Shown: one piece after another, positions 7,353 through 16,271 of the stretch
Numbering within the stretch: position 1 is the first letter of the stretch
Layout: every line of letters begins with the position of its first letter
DNA from: an uncultured Prolixibacteraceae bacterium
Lineage (GTDB): Bacteria > Bacteroidota > Bacteroidia > Bacteroidales > FEN-979
Assembly (NCBI GenBank): GCA_964455285.1
Contig: CAYVVG010000003.1
Coordinates: 16,051-80,050, forward strand
DNA: 64,000 nt
Reading direction: 5' to 3'
Position numbers and translations under genes: made by a program
The notes under the pieces: generated by a model
The model's input: the letters and a program-made list of their open reading frames with translations, nothing else
Told to the model about the DNA's origin: nothing
The model's database searches: none

Positions 7353-9704
7353 TTGAACCTTCTTTACCGAAAGGCGAGCCCGGCATGCATTCCTTTTCTG
7401 CTGATGATGTTGCTGCCGGCCTCCGGCAGCGCGCAGGAACCGTCGATTCCTGTGACCGGGAGAGCCATCTATTTTGACATATCCTCCCCGCTGAGGGAAA
7501 GACTTCGGGAAAATTCAGGGAAAGCGGATCTGAGCTGGAAAGAAGGGATCCTGCCGAATGATATCCGCAGAAGCGGCTCGGAGGAGCAAGATCGGCCGGG
7601 GTTCCAGGATACGGTTGTACAGCGGGAATTCGGGCGCAACTCCATGGATTCAGCATTGCTGAATTTTGACGGACTCGCGAATGTCAACAACATCGTTCCA
7701 CCGGATACATATGGCGATGTGGGTCCTTCCCATTACGTTCAGCTTGTCAACCTTTCATTTGCCATCTATGACAAAACAGGAGTGAAACTTCTCGGTCCTG
7801 TCAGCACGGGTTCGATATGGGAAGGCATGCCTCACAATTCAAACAACGGCGACGGGGTGGTGCTGTATGATGAACAGGCCGGCCGCTGGCTGATCAGTCA
7901 GTTTTCATTGCCGACATTTCCATACGGACCCTTTTACCAGATGATCGCCGTTTCACAAACGCCTGATCCGACAGGTTCCTGGTACCGTTGGGAATTTGAA
8001 TCTGCCGAATTGCCCGATTACCCGAAGTTCGGGGTCTGGAGAGACGGTTTTTACATGTCGTTTACACGACTTAAGTCAGGGACGCTGCAAAAGAGCGGGA
8101 TCGGGGTGGTGGCCTTTGACCGGACCGCCATGATCAGCGGTGATCCCGGAGCAAGGTATATACAATTCTTATTTTCAAATCCTTACACGATATTGCCTGC
8201 CGATTGCGATGGTCCGTTCGCGGAACCGGGGTCTCCCAATTACTATGGGTTTGTCAGGCCGGGTTTTTTTGTCATCCGGGAATTTCAGGCAAACTGGACC
8301 GACCCGTCTGCCTCTACGTTCGGAAACACCCTGGAATTGCCCATTGCTCAGTTTGCCGGTTGCGGACAGGGGATCCCTCAGAAAGAATCGGATAAACTGC
8401 TGACCCCGCTTGACGACCGGCTCATGTACCGGCTGCAATACCGGAATTTCGGTGACCACCAGGCGATGGTGGTCAATCATACGGTTGGGGTGGGGCCAGG
8501 GGCCGGAATCCGATGGTATGAGCTTCGTAAAACGAACGGGAACTGGTTTGTAAACCAGCAATCTACCTATGCCCCCGATACCCTGAGCCGATGGATGGGC
8601 AGCATTGCCATGGATACGGCAGGGAATATGGCTCTTGGCTATTCGGTGTCGGGGAATTCCATATACCCATCCATTCGTTATACCGGCCGGATGAACCATG
8701 ATCCGCCCGGGGTGATGACCCTTCCCGAACACACGATCATCGCGGGTGCTGGCAGCCAGACAGGAATCTGGAGCGGGCAAAGCCGGTGGGGGGATTACAG
8801 TTCCATGACGGTCGATCCGTCTGCTCCTTCAACCTTCTGGTACACCCAGGAATATTATGCCACCACTTCAAACAATGGCTGGAGCACGAGGATCGCATCA
8901 TTCTCCTTTTCCGGCATCCTCGATATCCAGGCAACAGCAACCCCGCCCACGGTTTGTAAAGGAGATTCGGCACAACTGGATGTAGAGGTTTCAGGCGGAT
9001 CGGGACCCTGCACCTACCAGTGGACATCCGATCCGCCGGGCTTTGCCTCCGGTCTTAGAAATCCTAGGGTTTTGCCGGTCACCCCGACCACCTATATCAT
9101 CCGGGTCACTTCCGGAACGCAGGTGAAAACTGATTCCGTGAGGGTCCCCCTGATCCCGTTGCCGGTGGCGTTTGCCGGTATTGACACAACGATCTGCCGT
9201 TATGTACCGGAACTCCGGATGGCAGGCTCGGTCATCAACAGCGCCGTTTCCAGGTGGTATACCTCCGGCGACGGGTACTTTGATCAACCGGAAGCGCTGA
9301 ACACACTCTATCATCTGGGACTCTATGACAAACAATCAGACAGCCTGACTTTCAGACTTACAGCCTATTCCGTGGCTGACTGTCAGCCGGTATCAGCATT
9401 CCGCCATGTGGGGATAGATGCGTGTTCCGGCATGAGCGGGCCCGGGGAGGACCGGCTGCAGTTGAACCTGAGTCCGAACCCGGCAACCAGCCGGCTGACC
9501 ATCCGCGTCACGGGAGCCCGGCTTCACCGGATCACATTCGTAATTTCGGATGTCCTGGGAAAAGAACTTCACCGGGAAACCCCCGTGGATGGCGATTCCG
9601 AAATTATCAGGACGGTGGATGTGTCGGCATATCCCCGGGGAATCTGTTTCGTAAAGGTGACGATCCATTCCGGGATCCTGGTCAGACCCTTTGTGAAACA
9701 TTAA
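7353..9704 (+). CDS. Secreted protein of unknown function with a T9SS C-terminal sorting domain
   Basis: 783-aa ORF with a TTG start. The N-terminus (CIPFLLMMLLPASGSAQ) is signal-like. An Ig-like module, CKGDSAQLDVEVSGGSGPCTYQWTS, is present. The C-terminus LNLSPNPATSRLTIRV...GICFVKVTIHSGILVRPFVKH fits the T9SS CTD pattern. RWGDYSSMTVDP hints at a propeller-like core. Confidence 0.7.
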   Translation: MNLLYRKASPACIPFLLMMLLPASGSAQEPSIPVTGRAIYFDISSPLRERLRENSGKADLSWKEGILPNDIRRSGSEEQDRPGFQDTVVQREFGRNSMDSALLNFDGLANVNNIVPPDTYGDVGPSHYVQLVNLSFAIYDKTGVKLLGPVSTGSIWEGMPHNSNNGDGVVLYDEQAGRWLISQFSLPTFPYGPFYQMIAVSQTPDPTGSWYRWEFESAELPDYPKFGVWRDGFYMSFTRLKSGTLQKSGIGVVAFDRTAMISGDPGARYIQFLFSNPYTILPADCDGPFAEPGSPNYYGFVRPGFFVIREFQANWTDPSASTFGNTLELPIAQFAGCGQGIPQKESDKLLTPLDDRLMYRLQYRNFGDHQAMVVNHTVGVGPGAGIRWYELRKTNGNWFVNQQSTYAPDTLSRWMGSIAMDTAGNMALGYSVSGNSIYPSIRYTGRMNHDPPGVMTLPEHTIIAGAGSQTGIWSGQSRWGDYSSMTVDPSAPSTFWYTQEYYATTSNNGWSTRIASFSFSGILDIQATATPPTVCKGDSAQLDVEVSGGSGPCTYQWTSDPPGFASGLRNPRVLPVTPTTYIIRVTSGTQVKTDSVRVPLIPLPVAFAGIDTTICRYVPELRMAGSVINSAVSRWYTSGDGYFDQPEALNTLYHLGLYDKQSDSLTFRLTAYSVADCQPVSAFRHVGIDACSGMSGPGEDRLQLNLSPNPATSRLTIRVTGARLHRITFVISDVLGKELHRETPVDGDSEIIRTVDVSAYPRGICFVKVTIHSGILVRPFVKH

Positions 9705-9731
9705 CCCGGCTCAACGGCAATGTCGGTCGGC

Positions 9732-11852
9732 TTACCTGATGACGGCCACCTTTCTCACGAGATCCAGGTCATCTCCGTGAAGGTGGAAAAGGTATAATCC
9801 TGAAGGGTATCGCGACACATCCATCATCTTTCTGACCGATCCTTTGGGCAGGGGAACAGATTCCATGGTCTGCCCGGCGGAATTTGTAACCATGAGCGTA
9901 GCGGCTGCCAAGAGCGGTACGCCAAAATCGATGGTCGCAGACCACCCTGCGGGATTCGGGTATATGTTACATGTCAATCTGTTACGCTGAACACCGTCAT
10001 CCACCCCGAGGAACGAACCTCCCCCGGGAAGCCGGTTGGTCACAAAGGCCTTCCTGACCGTGTCGATCATAGATCGGAGCTTGGTGACCGAGGCCAGCGT
10101 GTCGTCACTTGTATAGTCCCGCGCCCAGATAAAAGCAATATCAATTTCCTGCACGTCGCCGGGGTGAAAGGTGAAGGGTCCTGTTGCCCCGGCGCAGATC
10201 CGGTCGTAAGGCATGTTGTGGGCAGTCTCTTCCGACCATTTTACCGGACCGTTGGGTTGCCGGCATCCGCAACCCCAGTTCAGTGTATCTGATTCGGCGG
10301 GATATATGAACCTGGCTTCCGGCCCGTATCCTCCCGTGGATGGATGACCATTTCCCCCGTAGATCACCGGTGTGCCGTCCATCCATACGGCTTTCATGTA
10401 ATTGTAATATTGTGCCGCTTTTTGGGGCGATTCCATATACCCGGGCGGCGGGAAATAATAAGAATTGCTGAAGACCGAGAAGGTGCTCAGACCCAGGCGT
10501 TCATTATCCGCGATACCATCGCCGAAACCGGTCCCGTTGACACTTTCGTTGCACAGGGGATGCCCGCCGTTGTCGAAGCGCGGCCGGTCGGCTCCGGTCG
10601 GCTCCAGCCAGGGCCCGGCAAGAATGGCGACGGCCTGGGCCGGCGGATGGGCGCCATAGGCTTCCGGCTGCCCTGTCCCGTCAATGGCCTTGCCGTTATA
10701 CCCGATCATGCTTCCGCGCTCCACATCACATTGAACGTAATCATCATTCCAGAAGCCAATATCGAAATCCGTATAGGTCCCCAAAAAAACATCGTGGTAC
10801 GTTCGTGCCGACCGGTTAAAGATTTTGTAATTGAGAAAGATGGTTTTGCTGAAAGCCGAATCGCCCGGCAGGTCAAAAGCATAGCCCATGCCGTGGATCT
10901 CGGCTTTCAGTTTGTTCCCGGTGGTTTCCAGATGGGGTCCCCGGTCATCGTTGAAAATGAAGAACAGGCACTGGTCGCCGCGGATCTCAGGGTAGTCCCC
11001 CTCCAGGGGATGATAGATGCCATCGCCGTTCTCATCATGAAAAGGGGCGAGCATGGCGGCCTGTCCCAGCGATACATTTCCGTTCCCCGGCCAGGTCAGG
11101 ATGTCGCGGACGGGTTTGTATCCCAGCTCGTTCCAGTGACTTTTATGGTATTCTATCTCCGATCTGTCCAGGTTCCAGACTTGATTCCAGGTCGTATCCT
11201 CATCCATGGAATAGCCGGCCGAATCCATGACCGGGCCGGCATAAAAATCGGGTTTGGTTCCGGCAGGTGCAATGTTCGGTCCCTGGCGGTAGCGTTCCGC
11301 TGCGATATGCAGGCTGTCCTGCTCATCCAGTCCGCCGATCCAGAAGGTGTTGGCATAAACCGTTGTCTTTCCCGACCCTTTGGGAATAAAAAACCCCTGG
11401 GGGTGCCAATTATTGAATGGCAGCATGAAGTGGAATCCTGACACCGTAAATACTGCCTCCACATCATTCAGTTTCAGGGTATCATAACTGAAATCCCGGA
11501 TCCTGAATACCATTTGTGCCGTCGAGCTCTGAGCAGATGACAGGTTGATCAGGGTATAGGTCCCGGTAACCAGGGTCCCGACCCCCCGGTTGGGTACGAG
11601 GTACGTGAAGATTCCCTGGTAGTGCCAGGTGGAGATCACCGAGCCTCCTCCTGCGCTGAAACCGCCCGTAACACGCACGGAATCACCAGTGGGAATGACA
11701 TCGTTGGCCAGCAGGTTGACTGTCTTCGAAAAGCCGGGCAACATGTCGATGGTGTCGTTGACGGCCCGAAAATCCTGACCATGGATCGGCTGCACCGGGA
11801 GAACCAGCAGGGTAAGTGGGAAAATAAACAGAAGAAGGGTGGTTGATCTCAT
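9732..11852 (-). CDS. Secreted protein of unknown function with a T9SS C-terminal sorting domain
   Basis: 706 aa. Signal peptide MRSTTLLLFIFPLTLLVLPVQPIHGQ. The C-terminus CNIYPNPAGWSATIDF...GLYLFHLHGDDLDLVRKVAVIR fits the T9SS CTD pattern. Confidence 0.7.
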   Translation of the reverse strand: MRSTTLLLFIFPLTLLVLPVQPIHGQDFRAVNDTIDMLPGFSKTVNLLANDVIPTGDSVRVTGGFSAGGGSVISTWHYQGIFTYLVPNRGVGTLVTGTYTLINLSSAQSSTAQMVFRIRDFSYDTLKLNDVEAVFTVSGFHFMLPFNNWHPQGFFIPKGSGKTTVYANTFWIGGLDEQDSLHIAAERYRQGPNIAPAGTKPDFYAGPVMDSAGYSMDEDTTWNQVWNLDRSEIEYHKSHWNELGYKPVRDILTWPGNGNVSLGQAAMLAPFHDENGDGIYHPLEGDYPEIRGDQCLFFIFNDDRGPHLETTGNKLKAEIHGMGYAFDLPGDSAFSKTIFLNYKIFNRSARTYHDVFLGTYTDFDIGFWNDDYVQCDVERGSMIGYNGKAIDGTGQPEAYGAHPPAQAVAILAGPWLEPTGADRPRFDNGGHPLCNESVNGTGFGDGIADNERLGLSTFSVFSNSYYFPPPGYMESPQKAAQYYNYMKAVWMDGTPVIYGGNGHPSTGGYGPEARFIYPAESDTLNWGCGCRQPNGPVKWSEETAHNMPYDRICAGATGPFTFHPGDVQEIDIAFIWARDYTSDDTLASVTKLRSMIDTVRKAFVTNRLPGGGSFLGVDDGVQRNRLTCNIYPNPAGWSATIDFGVPLLAAATLMVTNSAGQTMESVPLPKGSVRKMMDVSRYPSGLYLFHLHGDDLDLVRKVAVIR

Positions 11853-11879
11853 CTATTTGTAATATCGTTGCATAACAGC

Positions 11880-14168
11880 CTAAAACAATACAATCCTGCG
11901 ATTGGTGATCCCTCCTTTCAGGTAAACAGACACGCAGTAAACGCCTCTTTTTACTTCAGACAGGTCCACGATAAATCCGTTCGCATCCGTTTGAATCTCC
12001 CTTATTGATTCTCCCATTTGATTGTAAATGATGATTTTATCGACATGGCCAGGGGATTTTACATGGATGAGGCCGGTTGACGGGACGGGGAATATCTCCA
12101 AAGAAACATCTTCGACATCTGCTGCGGCTTCCGATTTTCCTGTTTGCGATACAGTAAAATTAACTGTTTTGGCCATCGGAGAGAAAAGATAAAGATCGGC
12201 CTTCCGCTTTCCCGTTGTAAGGTTGGCATTCATGGAATGAAACACGATAGAGTCGTTCCCGGTCCCGCCTGTTTTACCGACCGACAGCCAGTTCGGGATA
12301 AATCCCTGGAGGGTCCATTCAACGCCGGTTTTAATGACAAGGGATGCACTGGCCCCTGTTTCCCACCCTAAAACCAAGGTGTCAGGATCGATCTCAAGGG
12401 TGAAGATATCGGATAAGGCGCACCTCCAGACACCTTTTTGCTGCGTCCCTGCAAAAATATTCATATTATTCATTGCCAGGATATTGACGGATGAATCCGG
12501 TAATCCGTCGTTCACCCTTTTCCAGGTTTCGCCGGGTCCTGCCGAGATAAATATACCCTGGCCATCGGTAGCGGCAAATACCGATTCCAGGCAAAAGCCC
12601 ACCGATCTGACATCGTATTCCGGCAACCCATCCTGGTAAGGCTGCCAGGTTCCCCCCTGGTCGGAGGAATGATAAACACCCCGGGCAGTCCCTGCGAACA
12701 ACTCCGATCCTCTGACCGTGATCATATTGACCTGCAAGCAGTTAAGCCCTGTGTTAACGGATTGCCACAAGTTCCCCGATGTGGCGGAAGAAAAGATGCC
12801 TCCTCCCCTTGTTCCGGCATAAACCCGCCCTTCCGAAAGGGCCAATGAAGAAATGTTAAGGTTGGTCAACCCGCTGTTTACACCCGTCCAATTCTTTCCC
12901 GTGTCGGCAGAGATGAAAACGCCCTCTCCCTGTGTCCCGGCGAAAAGATTACCTCCCTCACCGGCAATGCCGGTAACATAGGGGCTTACTAATCCGTTGT
13001 TTCTTGGATACCAGGTATTTGCATTGTCATTTGACAGGAACACACCCGATCCCATCGTACATGCAAACAGGGCAGCTCCGGTTTTCATGATATCCGAAAC
13101 ATAGGGACAGGTCAGGCCATTGTTCATGGATTCCCAGGAGTAACCATTGCTGTTGGAATGGCTGACACCGGCTCCCCAGGTGCCGGCGAACATATCGGTC
13201 CCGCTGATGGTCAATGCACGGATGCCGGTTTTCACCAGGCCTTCGTTTGACACATGCCATGTTCCCCCGTGGTCGGTTGAATAATAAACGCCATCGCCAT
13301 CGCTGCCGGCAAAGACCTTCTCCGGAGTGGCCGCCAGGCAGTGGATGGTAAGGTTTGCCAGGTGTTGATTGACCGGCAACCAACTGCTGCCGTTATCCAC
13401 GGTACGGAAGACCCCTCCTCCGAAGGTTCCGGCAAAGATCCCGTTGTCGGTCGCCATCAGGGCATTCACAACACTATGACCGGGCAGACCGTTGTTAACC
13501 TCAATCCAGTTGTCGCCGGACAGCCTGAAAACACCATCGCCGTCGGTTCCGGCGAAAACCTCATCATCCTGAACGGCAAGTGACAGTATATGGGTACTGG
13601 CCAGGCCTGCAGACAGGGATATCCATGTAGCACCTTCATCTGCAGAAGAATACACCCCTGCCCCGTAGGTGCCGGCATACAGTTTGGTGCCGGATACCGC
13701 CAGCGCATAAATTTTTGAAATTCCCGGTCCGGCAGGAACATGGTTCCATGTGCCCGCATGATCGGAGGATATGAACAACCCGCCATCAGTCCCGGCCAGG
13801 ATCTTCGCCCCGTAAAAAGCCAGGGATCGTATGTTCGGGTTGGTCAATCCGCTGCCGGCAACCGACCAGGTGTTCCCGCCATCCGCGGAGTGGTAAATTC
13901 CCTTTCCATAAGTTCCGGCAAACAGGTCGGGACCCTTGACCGCAATGGAATAAACCGGCCTTCCCGGGAGGCCGCTGCTTAATTCGGCCCAGGTCATCCC
14001 TTCATCATTGGAAAAAGACACGCCGGAAGGAGTGCCCGCAAATAACGCCGTGCCATTGGCTGCGATCGCATGGATTATCCCTCCACAGGGACCCGCAGTC
14101 GGCCTCCACTGCGCACCCGCAGGATCACACGTCATCACCAGGATGATGAAAAACACTATGTTCTTCAT
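11880..14168 (-). CDS. Asp-box/BNR-like repeat beta-propeller protein (GH74/sortilin/Ycf48-like repeats) with a T9SS CTD
   Basis: At least 11 repeats of the type x-D-x-G-x-(T/S)-W occur about every 45 aa: DEGMTW, DGGNTW, DHAGTW, DEGATW, DNGSSW, DHGGTW, SNGYSW, DNANTW, DTGKNW, DQGGTW, GPGETW. The C-terminus LEIFPVPSTGLIHVKS...GVYCVSVYLKGGITNRRIVLF fits the CTD pattern. I chose the start at ATG 14168 (MKNIVFFIILV) because a promoter-like box overlaps the ORF-track start at 14186. Confidence 0.7.
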   Translation of the reverse strand: MKNIVFFIILVMTCDPAGAQWRPTAGPCGGIIHAIAANGTALFAGTPSGVSFSNDEGMTWAELSSGLPGRPVYSIAVKGPDLFAGTYGKGIYHSADGGNTWSVAGSGLTNPNIRSLAFYGAKILAGTDGGLFISSDHAGTWNHVPAGPGISKIYALAVSGTKLYAGTYGAGVYSSADEGATWISLSAGLASTHILSLAVQDDEVFAGTDGDGVFRLSGDNWIEVNNGLPGHSVVNALMATDNGIFAGTFGGGVFRTVDNGSSWLPVNQHLANLTIHCLAATPEKVFAGSDGDGVYYSTDHGGTWHVSNEGLVKTGIRALTISGTDMFAGTWGAGVSHSNSNGYSWESMNNGLTCPYVSDIMKTGAALFACTMGSGVFLSNDNANTWYPRNNGLVSPYVTGIAGEGGNLFAGTQGEGVFISADTGKNWTGVNSGLTNLNISSLALSEGRVYAGTRGGGIFSSATSGNLWQSVNTGLNCLQVNMITVRGSELFAGTARGVYHSSDQGGTWQPYQDGLPEYDVRSVGFCLESVFAATDGQGIFISAGPGETWKRVNDGLPDSSVNILAMNNMNIFAGTQQKGVWRCALSDIFTLEIDPDTLVLGWETGASASLVIKTGVEWTLQGFIPNWLSVGKTGGTGNDSIVFHSMNANLTTGKRKADLYLFSPMAKTVNFTVSQTGKSEAAADVEDVSLEIFPVPSTGLIHVKSPGHVDKIIIYNQMGESIREIQTDANGFIVDLSEVKRGVYCVSVYLKGGITNRRIVLF

Positions 14169-14185
14169 GATTTTCAACCCTATCA

Positions 14186-14193
14186 CAAAGGTA
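14186..14193 (-). promoter_or_regulatory. Candidate -7 box (minus strand TACCTTTG) for the three-gene T9SS cargo operon
   Basis: The plus strand reads CAAAGGTA, which is the reverse complement of TAnnTTTG. It lies 18 nt upstream of the ATG at 14168. Confidence 0.35.
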
Positions 14194-14353
14194 TGCTATT
14201 ATGTTCGGTACCGGTCCCGGGAACAGGAAATAAAACCATGCTGTCGGCAACAGCCTGTGAGATCATCCCGGGATCCGGTGGAATTTCCATGTCATCCATG
14301 TCTGTCGGTCTTTAATTCATTATATTCGTGTTTCAATAGGAAGCCGCCAAACC

Positions 14354-15019
14354 ATGAGAGAGATCTTATTTTCCGGACTGTTCATTCTTTATCTGTTTGT
14401 ACCCGCAACAGCTCAGGTCGGCATAAATATCGATGGAAGCGCCCCGGATCCTTCGTCGATGCTGGATGTAAAATCGACAACAAAGGGCATGCTTGTTCCG
14501 AGAATGACCCGGATGCAGCGAAACGCCATTGTCAGCCCTGCCACCGGTCTTATGATCTACCAGACAGACAGCACGGCGGGGTTCTACCATTTCAGCGGAA
14601 CGGTGTGGAAGCAGGTGTCGTCGGGCAGTTCGACTATGAAACCCTATTTTGTCAGGTTGACTTATACGAGCGGATCCATCACCGCGATCGAAGAAGCCAA
14701 AGATCCGGACGGCAATAATTTACTGGCAACTTCGGGCTGGACGTTCACCATCAACTCGGCCAGTTCCATTTCAATCATTCACCCCGTCGGAAAGCCCGCA
14801 GCCAATTTCATTACGATGTCGGAAAATCCGACAGGCACCTTTATCACCAAATCAGTTGTCGGAACGGGAACCGGCAACACAGTCAAACAAAACAGCACGA
14901 TGACCTCCATTGATATCATCGGCCTCTCTTCAACTTTCACGGGCATCAACACGGGCGCGGGTCCATTTAAGATGTACATTGCCTGGCAGTTCGCCGACAA
15001 TATGACCTTTCTGCCATAA
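14354..15019 (+). CDS. Conserved hypothetical secreted protein
   Basis: 221 aa. Signal peptide [21 protein letters not shown]. The N-terminal block [51 protein letters not shown] is a motif I recognise from many uncharacterised Bacteroidota proteins. Confidence 0.6.
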   Translation: MREILFSGLFILYLFVPATAQVGINIDGSAPDPSSMLDVKSTTKGMLVPRMTRMQRNAIVSPATGLMIYQTDSTAGFYHFSGTVWKQVSSGSSTMKPYFVRLTYTSGSITAIEEAKDPDGNNLLATSGWTFTINSASSISIIHPVGKPAANFITMSENPTGTFITKSVVGTGTGNTVKQNSTMTSIDIIGLSSTFTGINTGAGPFKMYIAWQFADNMTFLP

Positions 15020-15066
15020 TTTCCGTCAACCATTTCCGCTTCGCTATTCCTTATAATAAACTCAAT

Positions 15067-16191
15067 ATGAACAGGATATTTCGTCTGATCCCGATTCTCC
15101 TCCTCCTGGTGTGGGTCCCGTCGCAAGCCCAGGACCTGAACCGCCGCGAGTTCTACTCCATGGAGCGGAACAACGCCCGCAAACTCATCGAGGTTCCCTC
15201 CATCGACGGGTATGTAGCGCTCAAATGCGATTTCCATTCCCATACCGTCTTCTCCGACGGCGAGGTGTGGCCCGAAACCCGCGTGGAAGAGGCATGGAGC
15301 GACGGACTCGATGTGATCGCCATCACCGACCACGACCGGTACAAGCCGAAAAGGGAATACCTGCAGGCCGACAATTCCACCCCGTACACCATTGCTGCTG
15401 AGGCCGCCGCCGGCAAGGGGATCCTCCTGGTTCCCGCCGTGGAGATCACCCGCAGGATGCCCCCCGGCCATTTCAATGCCCTGTTCGTCACCGACGCCAA
15501 CCTCCCCGAACTGCAGGATACTTCACGGACGGCTTTCCTGACTGCCGTCGAAAAACTGCATCGGCAGGGTGCGCTCATTGTGTGGAATCACCCGGGCTGG
15601 GCCGCCCAGCAAAAGGATACGGTGAAATGGTTCCCGGTCCACGAAACGCTGCTGAACAACGGCTGGCTCGATGGCATCGAGGTGTTCAACTACATCGAAT
15701 GGTACCCGGTGGCGCTGCAGTGGGCGATCGATAAGAACCTGGCCCCCTTTGCCAACAGCGACGTCCATGGCCCGATCCACATGACCTATGAGTCCCGCCG
15801 GGAGTTCATCCGTCCGATGACGCTGGTGTTTGCCACCGCACGCACCCCCGAAGCCCTTCGCGAGGCCATCCTGGCCCGTCGCACGGTGGCCTGGTTCAAC
15901 GGGATGATGGCCGGCCCGGCGGATCTTCTTCAGAAACTGTTCGCCCGGTCGGTGCACGTGGGGAAGGTGCAGAATAAAAACGGAAAGACGACCTGGCAAC
16001 TGACCAATCCCACCGACCTGACCCTGGAAATGAAAGGCATGTCGGAGACCTGGAAGAAACGGGCCCTGCTCCCCCCGCATTCCGCCATCACGCTGACCCT
16101 TCCCGATACCGTGAATTCACTACCGGTGGAGGTGACCAACTGGCATGCGGGGATGAAAAACAACTTCATCACCGCCCTGGACCTGCAGTAA
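15067..16191 (+). CDS. Secreted PHP-domain phosphoesterase (Sb-PDE-like)
   Basis: Signal peptide MNRIFRLIPILLLLVWVPSQAQ. CDFHSHTVFSDGEVWP and DVIAITDH are PHP-domain metal-binding motifs. 374 aa. Confidence 0.65.
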   Translation: MNRIFRLIPILLLLVWVPSQAQDLNRREFYSMERNNARKLIEVPSIDGYVALKCDFHSHTVFSDGEVWPETRVEEAWSDGLDVIAITDHDRYKPKREYLQADNSTPYTIAAEAAAGKGILLVPAVEITRRMPPGHFNALFVTDANLPELQDTSRTAFLTAVEKLHRQGALIVWNHPGWAAQQKDTVKWFPVHETLLNNGWLDGIEVFNYIEWYPVALQWAIDKNLAPFANSDVHGPIHMTYESRREFIRPMTLVFATARTPEALREAILARRTVAWFNGMMAGPADLLQKLFARSVHVGKVQNKNGKTTWQLTNPTDLTLEMKGMSETWKKRALLPPHSAITLTLPDTVNSLPVEVTNWHAGMKNNFITALDLQ

Positions 16192-16195
16192 TAAA

Positions 16196-16223
16196 GGGGG
16201 CACCCGGATCGCCGGATGCCCCC
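16196..16223. terminator. Bidirectional intrinsic terminator between convergent genes
   Basis: GGGGGCA-C-CCGG-ATCG-CCGG-A-TGCCCCC forms 11 bp with one mismatch. It is flanked by AATAAA upstream and TGTTTG downstream, so a U-rich tail follows on either strand. Confidence 0.7.
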
Positions 16224-16271
16224 TGTTTGCGGGAACATGCAAATCTGTCCCGCATTCAAAATGTCAGCTTC

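Noticed and set aside
7000-7360. A genomic island or integrative element at tRNA-Ser
   Set aside because: There is no integrase, no duplicated tRNA 3' segment, and no mobile-element genes downstream. The flanking genes are ordinary secreted-protein genes.
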